Shown piece by piece: positions 44,824-55,900 of a stretch of DNA of 64,000 bases. Both the position numbers and the translations under genes were made by a program. The stretch spans positions 32,228 through 96,227 of the forward strand of contig CAWFPP010000012.1 of NCBI GenBank assembly GCA_963817735.1. The letters run 5' to 3'. The notes under the pieces were generated by a model. That model worked only from the letters and a program-made list of their open reading frames with translations. It was not told the origin of the DNA and searched no databases. The DNA is from an uncultured Acidimicrobiaceae bacterium. GTDB lineage: Bacteria; Actinomycetota; Acidimicrobiia; Acidimicrobiales; RAAP-2. How positions within the stretch are numbered: position 1 is the first letter of the stretch; every line of letters starts with the position of its first letter.

Positions 44824-46638
44824 CTACCCGAACGTGAAGTCGTAGGCCTCCAGGCCAGGTGAGAACGTCAGGGTCAGGGTGCCGGTTTGCAGCACGGTGC
44901 CGGAGAACAGCGTGTAGAGCTTGGGAATCCCCGAGACCGGCACGGTCGTCAAGTGCTTGCCGTTGTACGACACCCCGATCGTGCCCTCCCCGCTGATCAC
45001 GAGGTAGACGTCGTCTGCCGTGAACTGCAGACCGAGCGTCGCGTCGTTCCCGGCCGTCGCCTCCTGGTCCTGCACGGTCCAGGTGCCACCGAACGCCAGG
45101 CTGTTCGAGGGGATGGTGGAGGGCGGGTGGTACACGGTCGCCTTGTTCGGCACCACTGCGGTCCCGACCGCATTGTCCAGGCGCTCGTCCCCGACGTAGC
45201 TCTCCGGCGTGATGTCGTTGGTCGGCGTCTTGTCGGGCACATCGCTCCGCGCCGGAAGGTCGGTGACCCCGTTCGCCGTCAGGAGCATCCTGATGTTGTT
45301 CTCCATGGAGCTGTAGCCACCCTCACCGAAGTCGTAGGCGCGCACGATGCCCGTGGGATCGATGAGGTACTCCGCCGGCCAGTACTCGTTGTTGTAGGCG
45401 TCCCAGGTGGCCAAGTTGTCGTCGACGGCGACGGGATAGTCGATCCCGAGGCTGCCCGCCGCGGTCTGCACATTGGAGACGACGTGCTCGAAGGCGAATT
45501 CCGGTGCCGACACGCCGACCACGACCAGGCCGTCCTTCTTGTAGTCGTTGTACCAACCCTCGACGTGGGGCAGCGCGCGCTGACAGTTGATGCACGAGTA
45601 GGTCCAGAAGTCGATCAGCACCACCTTGCCCCTGAGTTGACTGAGCGTCAGCGGCTTGTTGCCGGGAGTGTTGAACCAGGCCGTGATCCCGGTGAAGTTC
45701 GGGGCCCGGCCCAGGTTGGGCAGGTTCGTCTTGCTGGCCATGAATACCGGCGCCTTTTGTGGCGACGAGGGGGAGGTCGTCGTGGTCGTCGTCGCCGTCT
45801 TGGCTCCCGCCGCCAGGTGGCCACTCTGCGAGTCGCCCTCGTCCGTGGCGGCACAGGTCGCCTTCTTGCCCTCGAGGCGGGCGTTGGCGGCGGCGAACTG
45901 GTTCTGGTGCTCTCCGGTCAGCTGTCGCAGCTGGTTGCAGGCGGACCCCGTCGATTCGATGTGATCCTCCAGGGCAGTGGTGTAGCCGGGGACGTCACGC
46001 TGCAGTGCGCCGAGCCAGTTGAACACGATGGCCAACGTGGCCACGCCCAACACCACGCCGGCCACCTTGCGGACGGTGGGCAGGTGGCTGCGCAGCGATG
46101 ACCACGAGGTCGTGGCGCGCTGGGCGACCACCGCGAGCACGAGGAGGGGGATGGTGACGCCGACCGCGTAGAAGAGGGTGACGAGGAGCGAGGTCCCGCC
46201 TGCATGGTGGTGCGCGGCCGCCACCGAGATCGCCGTCAGGACGGGCCCGGCGCAGGGGACGAAGACGAGGCCGAGGCTCAGCCCCAGAACGAAACCGCCT
46301 CCCTGGTTGGCGTAGCGCGAAGCGCCGAGCCGGGCGAAGGGCCGCTCAATGACCTCGCCGAGCTTGGGGATCAAGAGGCCCAGCGACAAGAGGCCCAGCA
46401 GGGCGACACCCAGCCAGAACAAGAGGTCCTGGGGCAGATGGAGGAAGCCGAGCAGCGAACTGGCAAACAGCACGGAGAGGCTGAAGCTCACGACCAGCCC
46501 CGCAATGATCACGTACGGTCGCCACCTGCTCGTCCCAGCCGAACCGCCGGCCATCACGACGGGGATGACGGGGACGATGCAGGGAGACAGCCCGGTGATC
46601 AACCCGCCGAGAAAGGCGACGACGAGGAGCTCACCCAT
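44824..46638 (-). CDS. dipZ: DipZ-type fusion: CcdA/DsbD membrane domain + thioredoxin-like (CxxC) domain + C-terminal beta-rich domain
   Basis: MGELLVVAFLGGLITGLSPCIVPVIP and VFVPCAGPVL form the CcdA Cys pair. VVLIDFWTYSCINCQRALPH is a redoxin CxxC. ATG at 46638 chosen, because the upstream part of the track ORF is non-coding-like. Confidence 0.8.
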   Translation of the reverse strand: MGELLVVAFLGGLITGLSPCIVPVIPVVMAGGSAGTSRWRPYVIIAGLVVSFSLSVLFASSLLGFLHLPQDLLFWLGVALLGLLSLGLLIPKLGEVIERPFARLGASRYANQGGGFVLGLSLGLVFVPCAGPVLTAISVAAAHHHAGGTSLLVTLFYAVGVTIPLLVLAVVAQRATTSWSSLRSHLPTVRKVAGVVLGVATLAIVFNWLGALQRDVPGYTTALEDHIESTGSACNQLRQLTGEHQNQFAAANARLEGKKATCAATDEGDSQSGHLAAGAKTATTTTTTSPSSPQKAPVFMASKTNLPNLGRAPNFTGITAWFNTPGNKPLTLSQLRGKVVLIDFWTYSCINCQRALPHVEGWYNDYKKDGLVVVGVSAPEFAFEHVVSNVQTAAGSLGIDYPVAVDDNLATWDAYNNEYWPAEYLIDPTGIVRAYDFGEGGYSSMENNIRMLLTANGVTDLPARSDVPDKTPTNDITPESYVGDERLDNAVGTAVVPNKATVYHPPSTIPSNSLAFGGTWTVQDQEATAGNDATLGLQFTADDVYLVISGEGTIGVSYNGKHLTTVPVSGIPKLYTLFSGTVLQTGTLTLTFSPGLEAYDFTFG

Positions 46639-46785
46639 GGGAGTCGCTCTGTTGCGGACGGTGAGCGGGCACCGGTGCCTCTCCTTCAAGTGACGTTCTC
46701 GATTGAACCTAGCGGTCTGCACGCTGGGAAGGGTGTCGCCCTCGGGGGGTGACGGCAGCTTCGCCAGACAGCAGACTGTGACACG

Positions 46786-47430
46786 GTGATCAACGAGAAT
46801 TGGATTTACCTGGGTACCGCAATCGGCGCGGCCGGTGCCCTCGTATATCTGAGGGACACCCTGCGGGGAACCACGCAGCCCAATCGGGTGACGTGGCTCC
46901 TCTGGGCCGTCGCGCCCCTGCTCGCTGCCGCCGTCGAGCTCAACGAGGGCGTGGGCCTGCGCGCCCTGCCGACATTCATGGTCGGTTTCATGCCCCTGCT
47001 GATCTTCATCGCCTCGTTTCACAATTCCGCCGCCGTGTGGAAGGTGCGGCGGATGGACTACGTGTGCGGCGCAGTCTCCGTGGTCGGCACGGTGGTGTGG
47101 CTCGTGACTCGCAACGGAGTCCTGGCCATCGCCGCCGCCATCGCCGCCGACTTCCTGGCCGGCTTACCTACTCTGTTCAAGAGCTGGACCAACCCGGAGA
47201 CCGAGACGGTGCACTCCTATGTCGGGGCGTTGATCAGCATGGTCATCTTGTTGTTGACGGTCGAGCACTGGACCTTTGACGTGGTGGCGTTCCCGCTCTT
47301 CGTGGCGTGCATGGCCACGGTGGAATCGGTGGTCATCGGCTTCGACGTCGGCCCGAGGTTTCGCCGCTTGGGTCGAGGCCATGGCGACGAAACCGCCCAG
47401 GCCTCTTCGGCAGAGGGTCTGCCTCGCTGA
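46786..47430 (+). CDS. Hypothetical polytopic membrane protein
   Basis: Six or so hydrophobic segments (AIGAAGALVYL, WLLWAVAPLLAAAV, FMVGFMPLLIFIA...). GTG start. Confidence 0.5.
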   Translation: MINENWIYLGTAIGAAGALVYLRDTLRGTTQPNRVTWLLWAVAPLLAAAVELNEGVGLRALPTFMVGFMPLLIFIASFHNSAAVWKVRRMDYVCGAVSVVGTVVWLVTRNGVLAIAAAIAADFLAGLPTLFKSWTNPETETVHSYVGALISMVILLLTVEHWTFDVVAFPLFVACMATVESVVIGFDVGPRFRRLGRGHGDETAQASSAEGLPR

Positions 47431-47443
47431 GCGGCTTCCTGGT

Positions 47444-48355
47444 ATGAAGTCGGTCAGGACAGCCACCCGAAGGGAGCCGACCGTGCCACAGGCCAACGTC
47501 AACGGGATCGACATCGAGTACGTCACCGAGGGCGACCCCTCCGATCCGGCGTTGCTTCTCGTCATGGGCCTGGGAGCCCAACTCACGACCTGGCCCGAGG
47601 GGTTCGTCGACGGACTGCGGCGCCGCGGCTTCTTCGTCGTCCTCTTCGACAACCGAGACAGCGGGCTGTCCTCCAAGTTCGAGGGAGTGCCCGACATCGC
47701 AGCGCTGTTCAACGGCACGGACCTCTCGTCGGTTTCCTACCGGATAGAGGACATGGCCGACGATGCCGCAGCGCTGCTCGGAGCGCTGGGCATCGCAAAG
47801 GCGCACGTGGTCGGTGCCTCCATGGGCGGCATGATCACGCAGGCCCTGGTCATCAACCACCCTGATCTCTTCCTCAGCGCCACCTCCATCATGTCGACGA
47901 CGGGTGACCGCGCCGTCGGCGCGCCGACCGGCGAGGCCCTGACCGCGCTGCTGCGACCCGTTGCCACGACTCGGGAAGAGGCGATCCAAGCGAGCGTGGA
48001 GGGCAGTCTCGTGATCGGCTCGCCGGGCTATCCGGCCGACGAGGGCATCCTGCGGCAGCGGGCCGCGGCGGCCTACGACCGCGCTTACTGCCCAGAGGGC
48101 ACCGTCCGCCAACTCGGCGCCATCCTGGGCTCGCCCGATCGCACGGAAGGGCTGCACGGCGTCCGCATCCCCTTTCTCGCTATGCACGGGGAGGCCGATC
48201 CGCTCGTCACGCCCAGTGGCGGCCAGGCGACGGCGGCAGCGGTGCCCGGCTCGAAGTTGCTCACGTTCCCGGGCATGGGCCATGACCTGCCCGAAGCGCT
48301 GTGGGACGCCATCACGGACGCCATCGTCGCCAACACGGAGCTGGCCGCGGTCTGA
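47444..48355 (+). CDS. Alpha/beta hydrolase
   Basis: LLLVMGLGAQ (HG-like region), nucleophile elbow VVGASMGGMI, and a C-terminal GMGHDLP. ATG 47444 lies inside ORF 47276..48355. Confidence 0.8.
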   Translation: MKSVRTATRREPTVPQANVNGIDIEYVTEGDPSDPALLLVMGLGAQLTTWPEGFVDGLRRRGFFVVLFDNRDSGLSSKFEGVPDIAALFNGTDLSSVSYRIEDMADDAAALLGALGIAKAHVVGASMGGMITQALVINHPDLFLSATSIMSTTGDRAVGAPTGEALTALLRPVATTREEAIQASVEGSLVIGSPGYPADEGILRQRAAAAYDRAYCPEGTVRQLGAILGSPDRTEGLHGVRIPFLAMHGEADPLVTPSGGQATAAAVPGSKLLTFPGMGHDLPEALWDAITDAIVANTELAAV

Positions 48356-48362
48356 ACAGGCC

Positions 48363-49556
48363 TCAGGCGTCGAGTGCGTTGGACGCTGCCACCGAGGCCA
48401 GCCACCGCGCACTGGGCTTCGGAGAGCGGGCAAACGTCGTGCGATCAACGCCGACGAGGCCGAACTTGGGTCTGTACCCCAACGCCCACTCGAAGTTGTC
48501 GAGCAGCGACCAGTAGGTGTAGCCCCGGACGTCGACGCCGTCGGCGAGGGCGCGGAGCACGCCGGTCAACGCCTGGCGCACATAGTCGATGCGCTGCTCG
48601 TCGTCAGTGGTGCCGATGCCGTTCTCTGTGACCAGGAGAGGCACGGCGCCACCCGTGTAGTCCCAGGCGCGGCGCAGACAATTGCCGAGCGAGGCGGGAT
48701 AGAACTCGTAGCCCATGTCGAGAACGGGCACGCCGTCCTCGTAGCCGGCCCAGCCCTCGGGGCCGATCAGCATCCGGGTGTAGACCTGCACGCCAAGGAA
48801 GTCGTCCCCCGCGCTGGCGTCGAGGAAGACGTCCTCGGCGTGGTGCCGGATGCTCTCGAGCTTCTCCTTGCCCCCGGGGGCGAGCTGGTAGTCGGTCATC
48901 GACAAGGTGAGCCCGACGGGGACGCCCGGTGCTCCGGCGCGGATGGTCTCGACGGCCACGCGGTGTGCCGCGGCGAAACGAGTGGCGACGGCGCGGGAGA
49001 GCGCGAGGTCCTTCTTGCCCGGTGGGAACATCCCGGCATGCCAGCCCATCGTGGCGACGATGTTCGGCTCGTTGAGCGTGCACGCCCTCGCCATGACGTC
49101 TCCCAGTGCCTCGGTGACAACGCCACAGAAGCGAGCGAAGCGCTCAACCGCGAGGTCGCTCTCCCAGCCCCCCTGCGCCGTCAGCCATTGAGGGGTCGTG
49201 AAGTGGTGAAACGTCACCACGGGGTCGACGCCGCGCTCGCGCAGCCCGACGCACTGGCGTCTGTAGTGCGCCAGTGCAGCACTCGAGAACTCACCCTCGG
49301 CCGGCTCGATCCGGCTCCACTCCACCGAGAAGCGGTAGTTGTCGAGCCCGAGCCCGGCCACCAGGTCCGCGTCCTCCTCCCAGCGGTCCCACGAGTCACA
49401 ACAGTCACCGGAAGGCTCTGCGCAGCCCGAGCCCGGGGCGTGCTCGAAGGCCCACCAGTCGTTGTTCGAGTTCCCACCCTCGATCTGGTGGGCCGCCGTC
49501 GCCGTGCCCCATGTGAACCCCGGCGGGAACTGCCGCCCCAGTCCATTCCCAGCCAT
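48363..49556 (-). CDS. GH1 beta-glucosidase
   Basis: FTWGTATAAHQIEGG, acid/base TLNEPN, and nucleophile VTENGIG. Confidence 0.9.
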   Translation of the reverse strand: MAGNGLGRQFPPGFTWGTATAAHQIEGGNSNNDWWAFEHAPGSGCAEPSGDCCDSWDRWEEDADLVAGLGLDNYRFSVEWSRIEPAEGEFSSAALAHYRRQCVGLRERGVDPVVTFHHFTTPQWLTAQGGWESDLAVERFARFCGVVTEALGDVMARACTLNEPNIVATMGWHAGMFPPGKKDLALSRAVATRFAAAHRVAVETIRAGAPGVPVGLTLSMTDYQLAPGGKEKLESIRHHAEDVFLDASAGDDFLGVQVYTRMLIGPEGWAGYEDGVPVLDMGYEFYPASLGNCLRRAWDYTGGAVPLLVTENGIGTTDDEQRIDYVRQALTGVLRALADGVDVRGYTYWSLLDNFEWALGYRPKFGLVGVDRTTFARSPKPSARWLASVAASNALDA

Positions 49557-49613
49557 CGGCCTGCCCTCCCGGTTGCGTAGCGTCCTGGAGCGGCACGGTA
49601 TCGTTCCCTGACA

Positions 49614-50618
49614 ATGACGTCACATTCCTCGCCGATGACTGACGCCCCCGATTCGGAGCCGACGGGGACGGGCGCGTCACAAGCGGCTGCGACGACGTCC
49701 CCCATGGTGGAGGCGCACGGGCTCGTCAAGCGCTTCGGCGATTTCGTCGCCGTCGACGGGGTCGATTTCAGCATCGCCAAGGGCGAGTCGTTCGGCTTTC
49801 TCGGTCCCAACGGGGCGGGCAAGACCTCGACCATGCGGATGATCTCGTGTATCAGCCCGCTCAGCGCGGGCACGCTCAGCGTGCTGGGGATGGACCCGGC
49901 CAAGGACGGTCCCCGCATTCGGGCCCGCATGGGACTCGTGCCTCAGGAGGACTCGCTCGACCTGGAGCTGACTGTCCTCGACAACCTGATGATCTACGGG
50001 CGCTACTTCGACATGCCCAAGAAGGTGATCCGCGAACGGGCCGAACAGCTGCTCGACTTCGCCCAGTTGACCGAGCGGGCCAATGACCGCGTGGATCCCT
50101 TGTCGGGAGGGATGAAGCGGCGCCTCACCATTGCGCGCGCCCTCATTTCCGACCCCGATCTCCTCATCCTCGACGAGCCCACGACGGGTCTCGATCCGCA
50201 GGCCCGGCACTTGCTCTGGGATCGCCTCTATCGGCTCAAGCAGGACGGCGTGACCCTGGTGATCACCACCCACTACATGGATGAGGCCGAGCAACTCTGC
50301 GACCGCCTCGTCGTCATGGACAAGGGCCGCTTCGCCGCCGAGGGCTCGCCGCGTCAGCTGATAGACGAATACTCGACCAAAGAGGTCGTCGAGCTGCGCT
50401 TCGCGCCGGGGCAACACGAGGAAGTGGCGCCGTCGCTGGCCAAGCTGGCCGAGCGCCACGAGGTGTTGCCCGACCGCATCCTTCTCTACACCGACGACGG
50501 CGACGCCGCTCTGGCCGAGGTCGCCCGCATGGGTCACGTCGCCCGGGCCACGCTCGTGCGCCGGTCGACGCTCGAGGACGTGTTCCTCCGCCTCACCGGG
50601 CGCTCCCTGGTCGACTGA
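49614..50618 (+). CDS. ABC transporter ATP-binding protein (DrrA/NodI-like, ABC-2 type)
   Basis: Walker A GPNGAGKTS, signature LSGGMKRRL, and Walker B LLILDEPTTGLD. Confidence 0.9.
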   Translation: MTSHSSPMTDAPDSEPTGTGASQAAATTSPMVEAHGLVKRFGDFVAVDGVDFSIAKGESFGFLGPNGAGKTSTMRMISCISPLSAGTLSVLGMDPAKDGPRIRARMGLVPQEDSLDLELTVLDNLMIYGRYFDMPKKVIRERAEQLLDFAQLTERANDRVDPLSGGMKRRLTIARALISDPDLLILDEPTTGLDPQARHLLWDRLYRLKQDGVTLVITTHYMDEAEQLCDRLVVMDKGRFAAEGSPRQLIDEYSTKEVVELRFAPGQHEEVAPSLAKLAERHEVLPDRILLYTDDGDAALAEVARMGHVARATLVRRSTLEDVFLRLTGRSLVD

Positions 50619-50621
50619 TCG

Positions 50622-51470
50622 ATGACGGCAGTGAGCGACACGGCGACGCCGCAAGGCTCCGCTCTCTTCGGCCACGGCCAGGAATGGGAGACACGCCGCT
50701 TCGTCACGCCGATGTGGCTGCGCGCCGCGCGCTACTGGGGCTACCAGTACAAGCGGACCTGGCGCAGCTCCGTGGTGACCAGCTTTCTCATCCCCGTGCT
50801 GTACCTGGCGGCCATGGGTGTCGCCCTCGGGTCGCTGATCGACAAGCATTCACACGGCGTCGACGGCGTGACGTACGTCGCCTTCCTCGCACCCGGCCTC
50901 TTAGCCGGCACCTGCATGCAGATCGGCACGAACGATGCCACCTATCCGGTGATGGGCGCCATCAAGTGGGTGCGCACCTACTACGCCCAACTGGCGGGGC
51001 CGCTCAGCGTCTACGACGTGCTCCTCGGGCACCTGGCCTGGATCGCCGCCCGCCTGGCCATCGTCAGCTCCATCTACCTCGCGGTCATGGCGGCCTTCGG
51101 GGTCGTGTACTCCCCGTGGGCCATCCTGGCCCTCCCGGCCGCCGTCCTGACGGGGATGGCGTTCGCCGGACCGGTCAGCGCGTTCGCAGCCACCCAGGAG
51201 AAGGACTCCTCCTTCTCGACCTTGTACCGGTTCGCCATCATCCCGATGTTCCTCTTCTCGGGCACGTTCTTCCCTGTCTCGCAGCTGCCGACGTGGCTCG
51301 AGGCGGTGGCCTATTGCCTTCCGCTGTATCACGGGGTCGCCCTGTGTCGTGACCTGACTCTGGGCCAGGTGAGCTGGGCCGACCTGGGGCACGTCGCCTA
51401 CCTGGCCGCACTGTTCGGCGCGGGCTACAGCGCCGGCCGGCGGACCTTCGCCAAGAAGTTGGTGGTGTGA
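50622..51470 (+). CDS. ABC-2 type transporter permease
   Basis: Six-TM ABC-2 permease pattern, directly after the ATPase gene. Confidence 0.8.
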   Translation: MTAVSDTATPQGSALFGHGQEWETRRFVTPMWLRAARYWGYQYKRTWRSSVVTSFLIPVLYLAAMGVALGSLIDKHSHGVDGVTYVAFLAPGLLAGTCMQIGTNDATYPVMGAIKWVRTYYAQLAGPLSVYDVLLGHLAWIAARLAIVSSIYLAVMAAFGVVYSPWAILALPAAVLTGMAFAGPVSAFAATQEKDSSFSTLYRFAIIPMFLFSGTFFPVSQLPTWLEAVAYCLPLYHGVALCRDLTLGQVSWADLGHVAYLAALFGAGYSAGRRTFAKKLVV

Positions 51471-51474
51471 GGCC

Positions 51475-52323
51475 ATGACGACCACCTCCACCGGATCGGG
51501 CACTACCACGGACCAGCGGTCTCTCGGCGTGGCGGCCCGCATCACGCCCATGGCCCTTTTGGGGGGAGGGCGCGCGTCCCGGGTGCTCGAGCGCAACATC
51601 CTGGTCTACCGGCGCTCTTGGATCTTCATCATCTCCGGGTTCTTCGAACCGCTCTTCTACCTGCTCTCCATCGGTGTCGGGCTGTCCCACCTGGTCGGGC
51701 CCATCAACGTTGACGGCCGGGAGATCCCCTACACCGCCTTCGTGGCACCCGGATTGCTGGCGTCGTCGGCAATGAACGGCGCCATGCTCGATTCGACCTT
51801 CCTGGTCTTCTTCAAGCTCAAGATCGCCAAGACCTACGACGCCATGCTCTCGACGCCCCTGGGCGTGACGGACGTGGCCCTGGGCGAGCTCAGCTGGTGC
51901 GTCCTGCGCGGCACCCTCTACACGGGTGCCTTCCTCGCCATCATGGCGATCCTGGGCTACATCGTTTCGCCGTGGGCGATCCTGTGCTGGCCGGCGGCCG
52001 TTCTCATCAGCCTGGCCTTCGCGTCCGCCGGCATGGCCGGCACGACCTACATGCGGACGTGGCAGGACTTCGACATGGTCTCGCTCGCCTTCATCCCCCT
52101 GTTCCTGTTCTCCGCGACCTTCTATCCGCTCACCGTCTACCCCGGGTGGCTGCAGGCGGTCGTCCGTTGCACCCCCCTGTATCAAGGGGTGGTGCTCGTG
52201 CGCGCGGCCGACCTGGGCATCTGGGACTGGACGCTGCTGGGTCACATCGCCTACCTGCTGGCGATGGCCGTGGCCGGGGTCGTGATCACCAGACGCCGCC
52301 TCGGGGCGCTCCTCCTGCCGTAA
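51475..52323 (+). CDS. ABC-2 type transporter permease (second subunit)
   Basis: Paralogous to the preceding permease (same length, similar TM layout, CTPLYQGV versus CLPLYHGV). Confidence 0.8.
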   Translation: MTTTSTGSGTTTDQRSLGVAARITPMALLGGGRASRVLERNILVYRRSWIFIISGFFEPLFYLLSIGVGLSHLVGPINVDGREIPYTAFVAPGLLASSAMNGAMLDSTFLVFFKLKIAKTYDAMLSTPLGVTDVALGELSWCVLRGTLYTGAFLAIMAILGYIVSPWAILCWPAAVLISLAFASAGMAGTTYMRTWQDFDMVSLAFIPLFLFSATFYPLTVYPGWLQAVVRCTPLYQGVVLVRAADLGIWDWTLLGHIAYLLAMAVAGVVITRRRLGALLLP

Positions 52324-52386
52324 CGCGGCACCCCGGTCGACCGGTACCGTAAGGGCCGAATTCCGACTGCCAGAGGACCGGACCCA

Positions 52387-52968
52387 ATGAACATCGTCGT
52401 CAGCAACGTCAAAGGCGGGGTCGGCAAGACCACGACCGCCGTGTACCTGGCCGCGGTGGCGGCACGCCGAGGTCGTGGTCCCGTGCTTCTGGTCGACGCC
52501 GACCCCCAAGGCTCGACGGCCGAGTGGTACGAAGTCGACCCCCTCGAGGGCGTCGAGCTGATGGAGGGCCCATCGGTTCGGACCGTCACCAAGGCGATGG
52601 GCCAGGAAGACGGCATCGTCGTGGTCGACACCCCGCCGGGCGAAGGCAACGTCGTGCAGGCCGCACTCGGCCGGGCGGATGCGGTCGTGATCCCCACCCG
52701 GGCCGGCGGGGTCGAGCCGAATCGAGTCGTCACGACACTGGAGATGACACCCAGCAACATCCCGGCCGGCGTGGTCATCTGTTCGGCTCGCCTGGGCACG
52801 AACGACCTCGACGCGACCGTGGAGTGGTGGACCGAGCTGAAGGTGCCGGTCTGGGGCATCGTTCCCGAGCGGGTCTCCATCGCGAGCGGTCCCGCCGCAG
52901 CGCTGTCAGCTGAAGGCCTGGAGCACTACGCCAAGGTGTTGAAGAAGGCGACCACCAAGAATCGGTGA
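52387..52968 (+). CDS. Small ParA/MinD-like P-loop ATPase (orphan, no parB nearby)
   Basis: Deviant Walker A KGGVGKTT, and LVDADPQGS. Confidence 0.75.
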   Translation: MNIVVSNVKGGVGKTTTAVYLAAVAARRGRGPVLLVDADPQGSTAEWYEVDPLEGVELMEGPSVRTVTKAMGQEDGIVVVDTPPGEGNVVQAALGRADAVVIPTRAGGVEPNRVVTTLEMTPSNIPAGVVICSARLGTNDLDATVEWWTELKVPVWGIVPERVSIASGPAAALSAEGLEHYAKVLKKATTKNR

Positions 52969-52978
52969 TCGGCGGCGT

Positions 52979-55900
52979 TCAGCGGACCGGCACGGCGTGC
53001 AGCTCGTCGTGGAACCGGCTCTCGACCCAGGCCACCGGAGCCCTGCCGTGCAGCTGTCCCGTGAGTTCGGAGAGAAACCAACGGCGGACGGCCACGCTGG
53101 TCGGGGACGCCGGCAGGGTCAAGAGCCGCTGCGCCAGCCCGAACTCGTCGGCTTCGTCCAGCATCGTGTCGTAAAACTCGACCGCGGCCACCGCCGACTG
53201 CGGCAGCTCGAGCGTCCAGTCGAAGTATTCGACCTTGTTGTCCACGGCGGTCTGCCACATTTCGTCCATGCCGGGCCCGAGTCCGTTGAAGCGGGTGCCG
53301 ATCTGGGACACCAGGACGGCAAGACGCTCGGGCAGATGGGGCGCCTCGGGCGCGCTGTCTGCCCGCTCCTTCATCAGCCGGAGCTCGCGGAACAGTGCCT
53401 CGTACTGCTCACTCGACTTCTGCAGCAGCGCCACCGGTATCCCCTGCAGCCGGACCGTCAGGCCTTCCGACTCGGCTGGCTCACCGTGGAGGTCCGATCG
53501 CGTGATGCCGGTCAGGTCGAAGCGGAAACTGCCGTCGGAGATGCTGGTGGGGGTGACCGGGAAGTCGACCGGAAGCTCGAACCACACGATCTTGCCGCCC
53601 TCGACGGCCTGGACGCCCCAGTTCGACGCCAGCGTGTTGAACAGCGTGAGGCCTCGACCGGTCGCCGCGTCCTTGCCGTACTCCTTGACCGATGGAAAGG
53701 CTGGGTTGCCGTCGGCGACGTCCACCCGGATGCGGTCGGGCAGGGTGTGGAGCGTGATGCACATCGGCGTTGCCGCGTGCAGCACTGCGTTGGTGACCAG
53801 TTCGGAGGTCAACAGGGTGGCGCACCCGCTGATCTCCGCCGGCAGATCGCGCAGGTGCGCCGCCATCCAGTGGCGCGCCACAGGCGTGCTTTCGACCACC
53901 GGTTCGAGATGCAGGGTTGACATGCCATCTCGTGACGTACCCACTGGCGGTGCGGTTATGCCCCCCTGGGGGAGCCCGGTGTAGTTCAGGCACAGGACCA
54001 CGACATCGTCGGTGCGCTCTTCGATGCTCAACATCGACGCGAAAGTGACAGCGGGATGGTCCGGCCACCCGGCGCGCGCAATGACCGTTGCCGTATTGGC
54101 CAACCGTTCCATTCCGTGTGTGATGAGCTCTCCGCGGCGCTCGATCAGCCCGTCCGAGTACATGATGAGCGAGTCGCCGCGGTGCAGGACGACCTCGTCC
54201 CGCGGCCGGAGCGAGCCACTCAACCCGGCCGCGATGAGCAGCGTGCGTTGCATGGGGCAGAAGGTGGCGCTGCCATCGGCGCGCACCACCAACGGCGGCG
54301 GGTGGCCCGCGTTGCTCAGGACCACCCGACCGGTCGAGGGGGTGATGGTCCCAACGACCGCGGTCACGACCCTGTCCTCGATCAGCGTGTCGAAGAGGCG
54401 ATCCAGCGAGGAGAGCACCTCCGTCGGCGAGAGGCCGGAGACCGCGTAGGCGCGGATGGCACTGCGCACCTGACCCATGAGGGCCGCTGCCGGCGCCCCC
54501 TTGCCCATGACATCGCCGACACTGAAGAAGACGGAGTCGTCGCCGAGCTCGAAGACGTCGTACCAGTCACCCCCGGCATAGGTCCCCGCGACCCCCGCCC
54601 GATACTCGGCATCGAGCAACAGGCCCTTGACATCGGGGAGCGAATCGGGGAGGACGGCGCGCTGCAGCACGTCCGCCACGATGTGCTCGCGTTGGAACCG
54701 CGTGGCGTTGGAGAGGGCGACTCCGGCCCGGCTCGCCACCTCGGTGGCCAGCGAGACGTCGTCTGCCTCGAAGATCCGGCCCGGTCCATCCACGAATGTC
54801 ATGACGCCGATGACTTCGCCGTTGGCGGTGAGGGGCACGGACAGGGCAGTGGAGACGCCGGCGGGCTGGGGGCCGTCTCCGCGGTCATGCAGCGGGGCCA
54901 GCTGGGTTCGCCCCGTGCGGAAGGCAACGGCAGCGGGTGCGTCGGACCCGAAGGGCAGGACGTCTCGCCCGCTGGTGTCCGTGCCGGGCCGGGGCGGTGA
55001 TGCCGGCCCGGGATCGCGCACGTCGAGTCGCACCAGTCCGCTCTCGCCCGGCACCTGGACTGAGCACGAGTCGGCCAGCCGGCCCTCCACCAAGCTCATG
55101 GTGCGCCGGATCACCGTCGTGGGCTCGAGGCTCGAGCTCAACAAACGGGTCACCTCCGAAAGCAGGGACAGACGCTCGCGCCCCGCCTCCGCGTCCCGCA
55201 AGGCCTCGCGTTCGTGCTCGAAGACTTGGGCTCGCTCCAAGGCCTGCGCCGTCAGCCCCGCCAAGGTCGAGAGAAACCGCAGATCGGGCTCGCTCGGTTC
55301 GGGTTGCGCGACGAAGGCGAGTGACAGCACTCCCAGCGGTCCGCTGCTGCCGATGAGCGGCTCGCTGACGATCGTCACGGGTTTCGGGAGCTCGTGCAAG
55401 ACCCGGGCCACGATCTCCGCTTCGAGGCTCTCACGCACATCCTGATCGCTGGCGATGCCGGCCATGACGGTCAGGCCGCGCGCGAAGCAGGTGCCGGCGT
55501 GGCTCCCGTGAAGAGGAACCAGGGTGCGGGCGAGGAGCGCGGGGTGCCCGCTGCTGGCCAGGCAGGCCAGGCCGCGCTCACCCTCGGCCGGGACGCGCAC
55601 CACGGCGGATTGTGCGCCCAAGGCGCGGCGGCCACCGGCAATGGCCGCATGGGCCACGTCGCCCGGCGTCGTGGCAGCTGCCAGCGCCGAGCTCAGCTGA
55701 TGGAGATGCTGACTGCGCTCCAGGTTGACGAACTCGGTGAGCGTCAGACGGGCTCTCTCGACGGCCTGCGCCGCGTTGCCGGTGATCGTGAAGAGGAAGG
55801 TCCGGTCGGGCTCGGAGATCTCACGATCGTCAGCCCAATGGACCACCACGGCACCGATGGTGCGGTCGGACACGACCAGCGGGATGATGGCGAGTGCCCG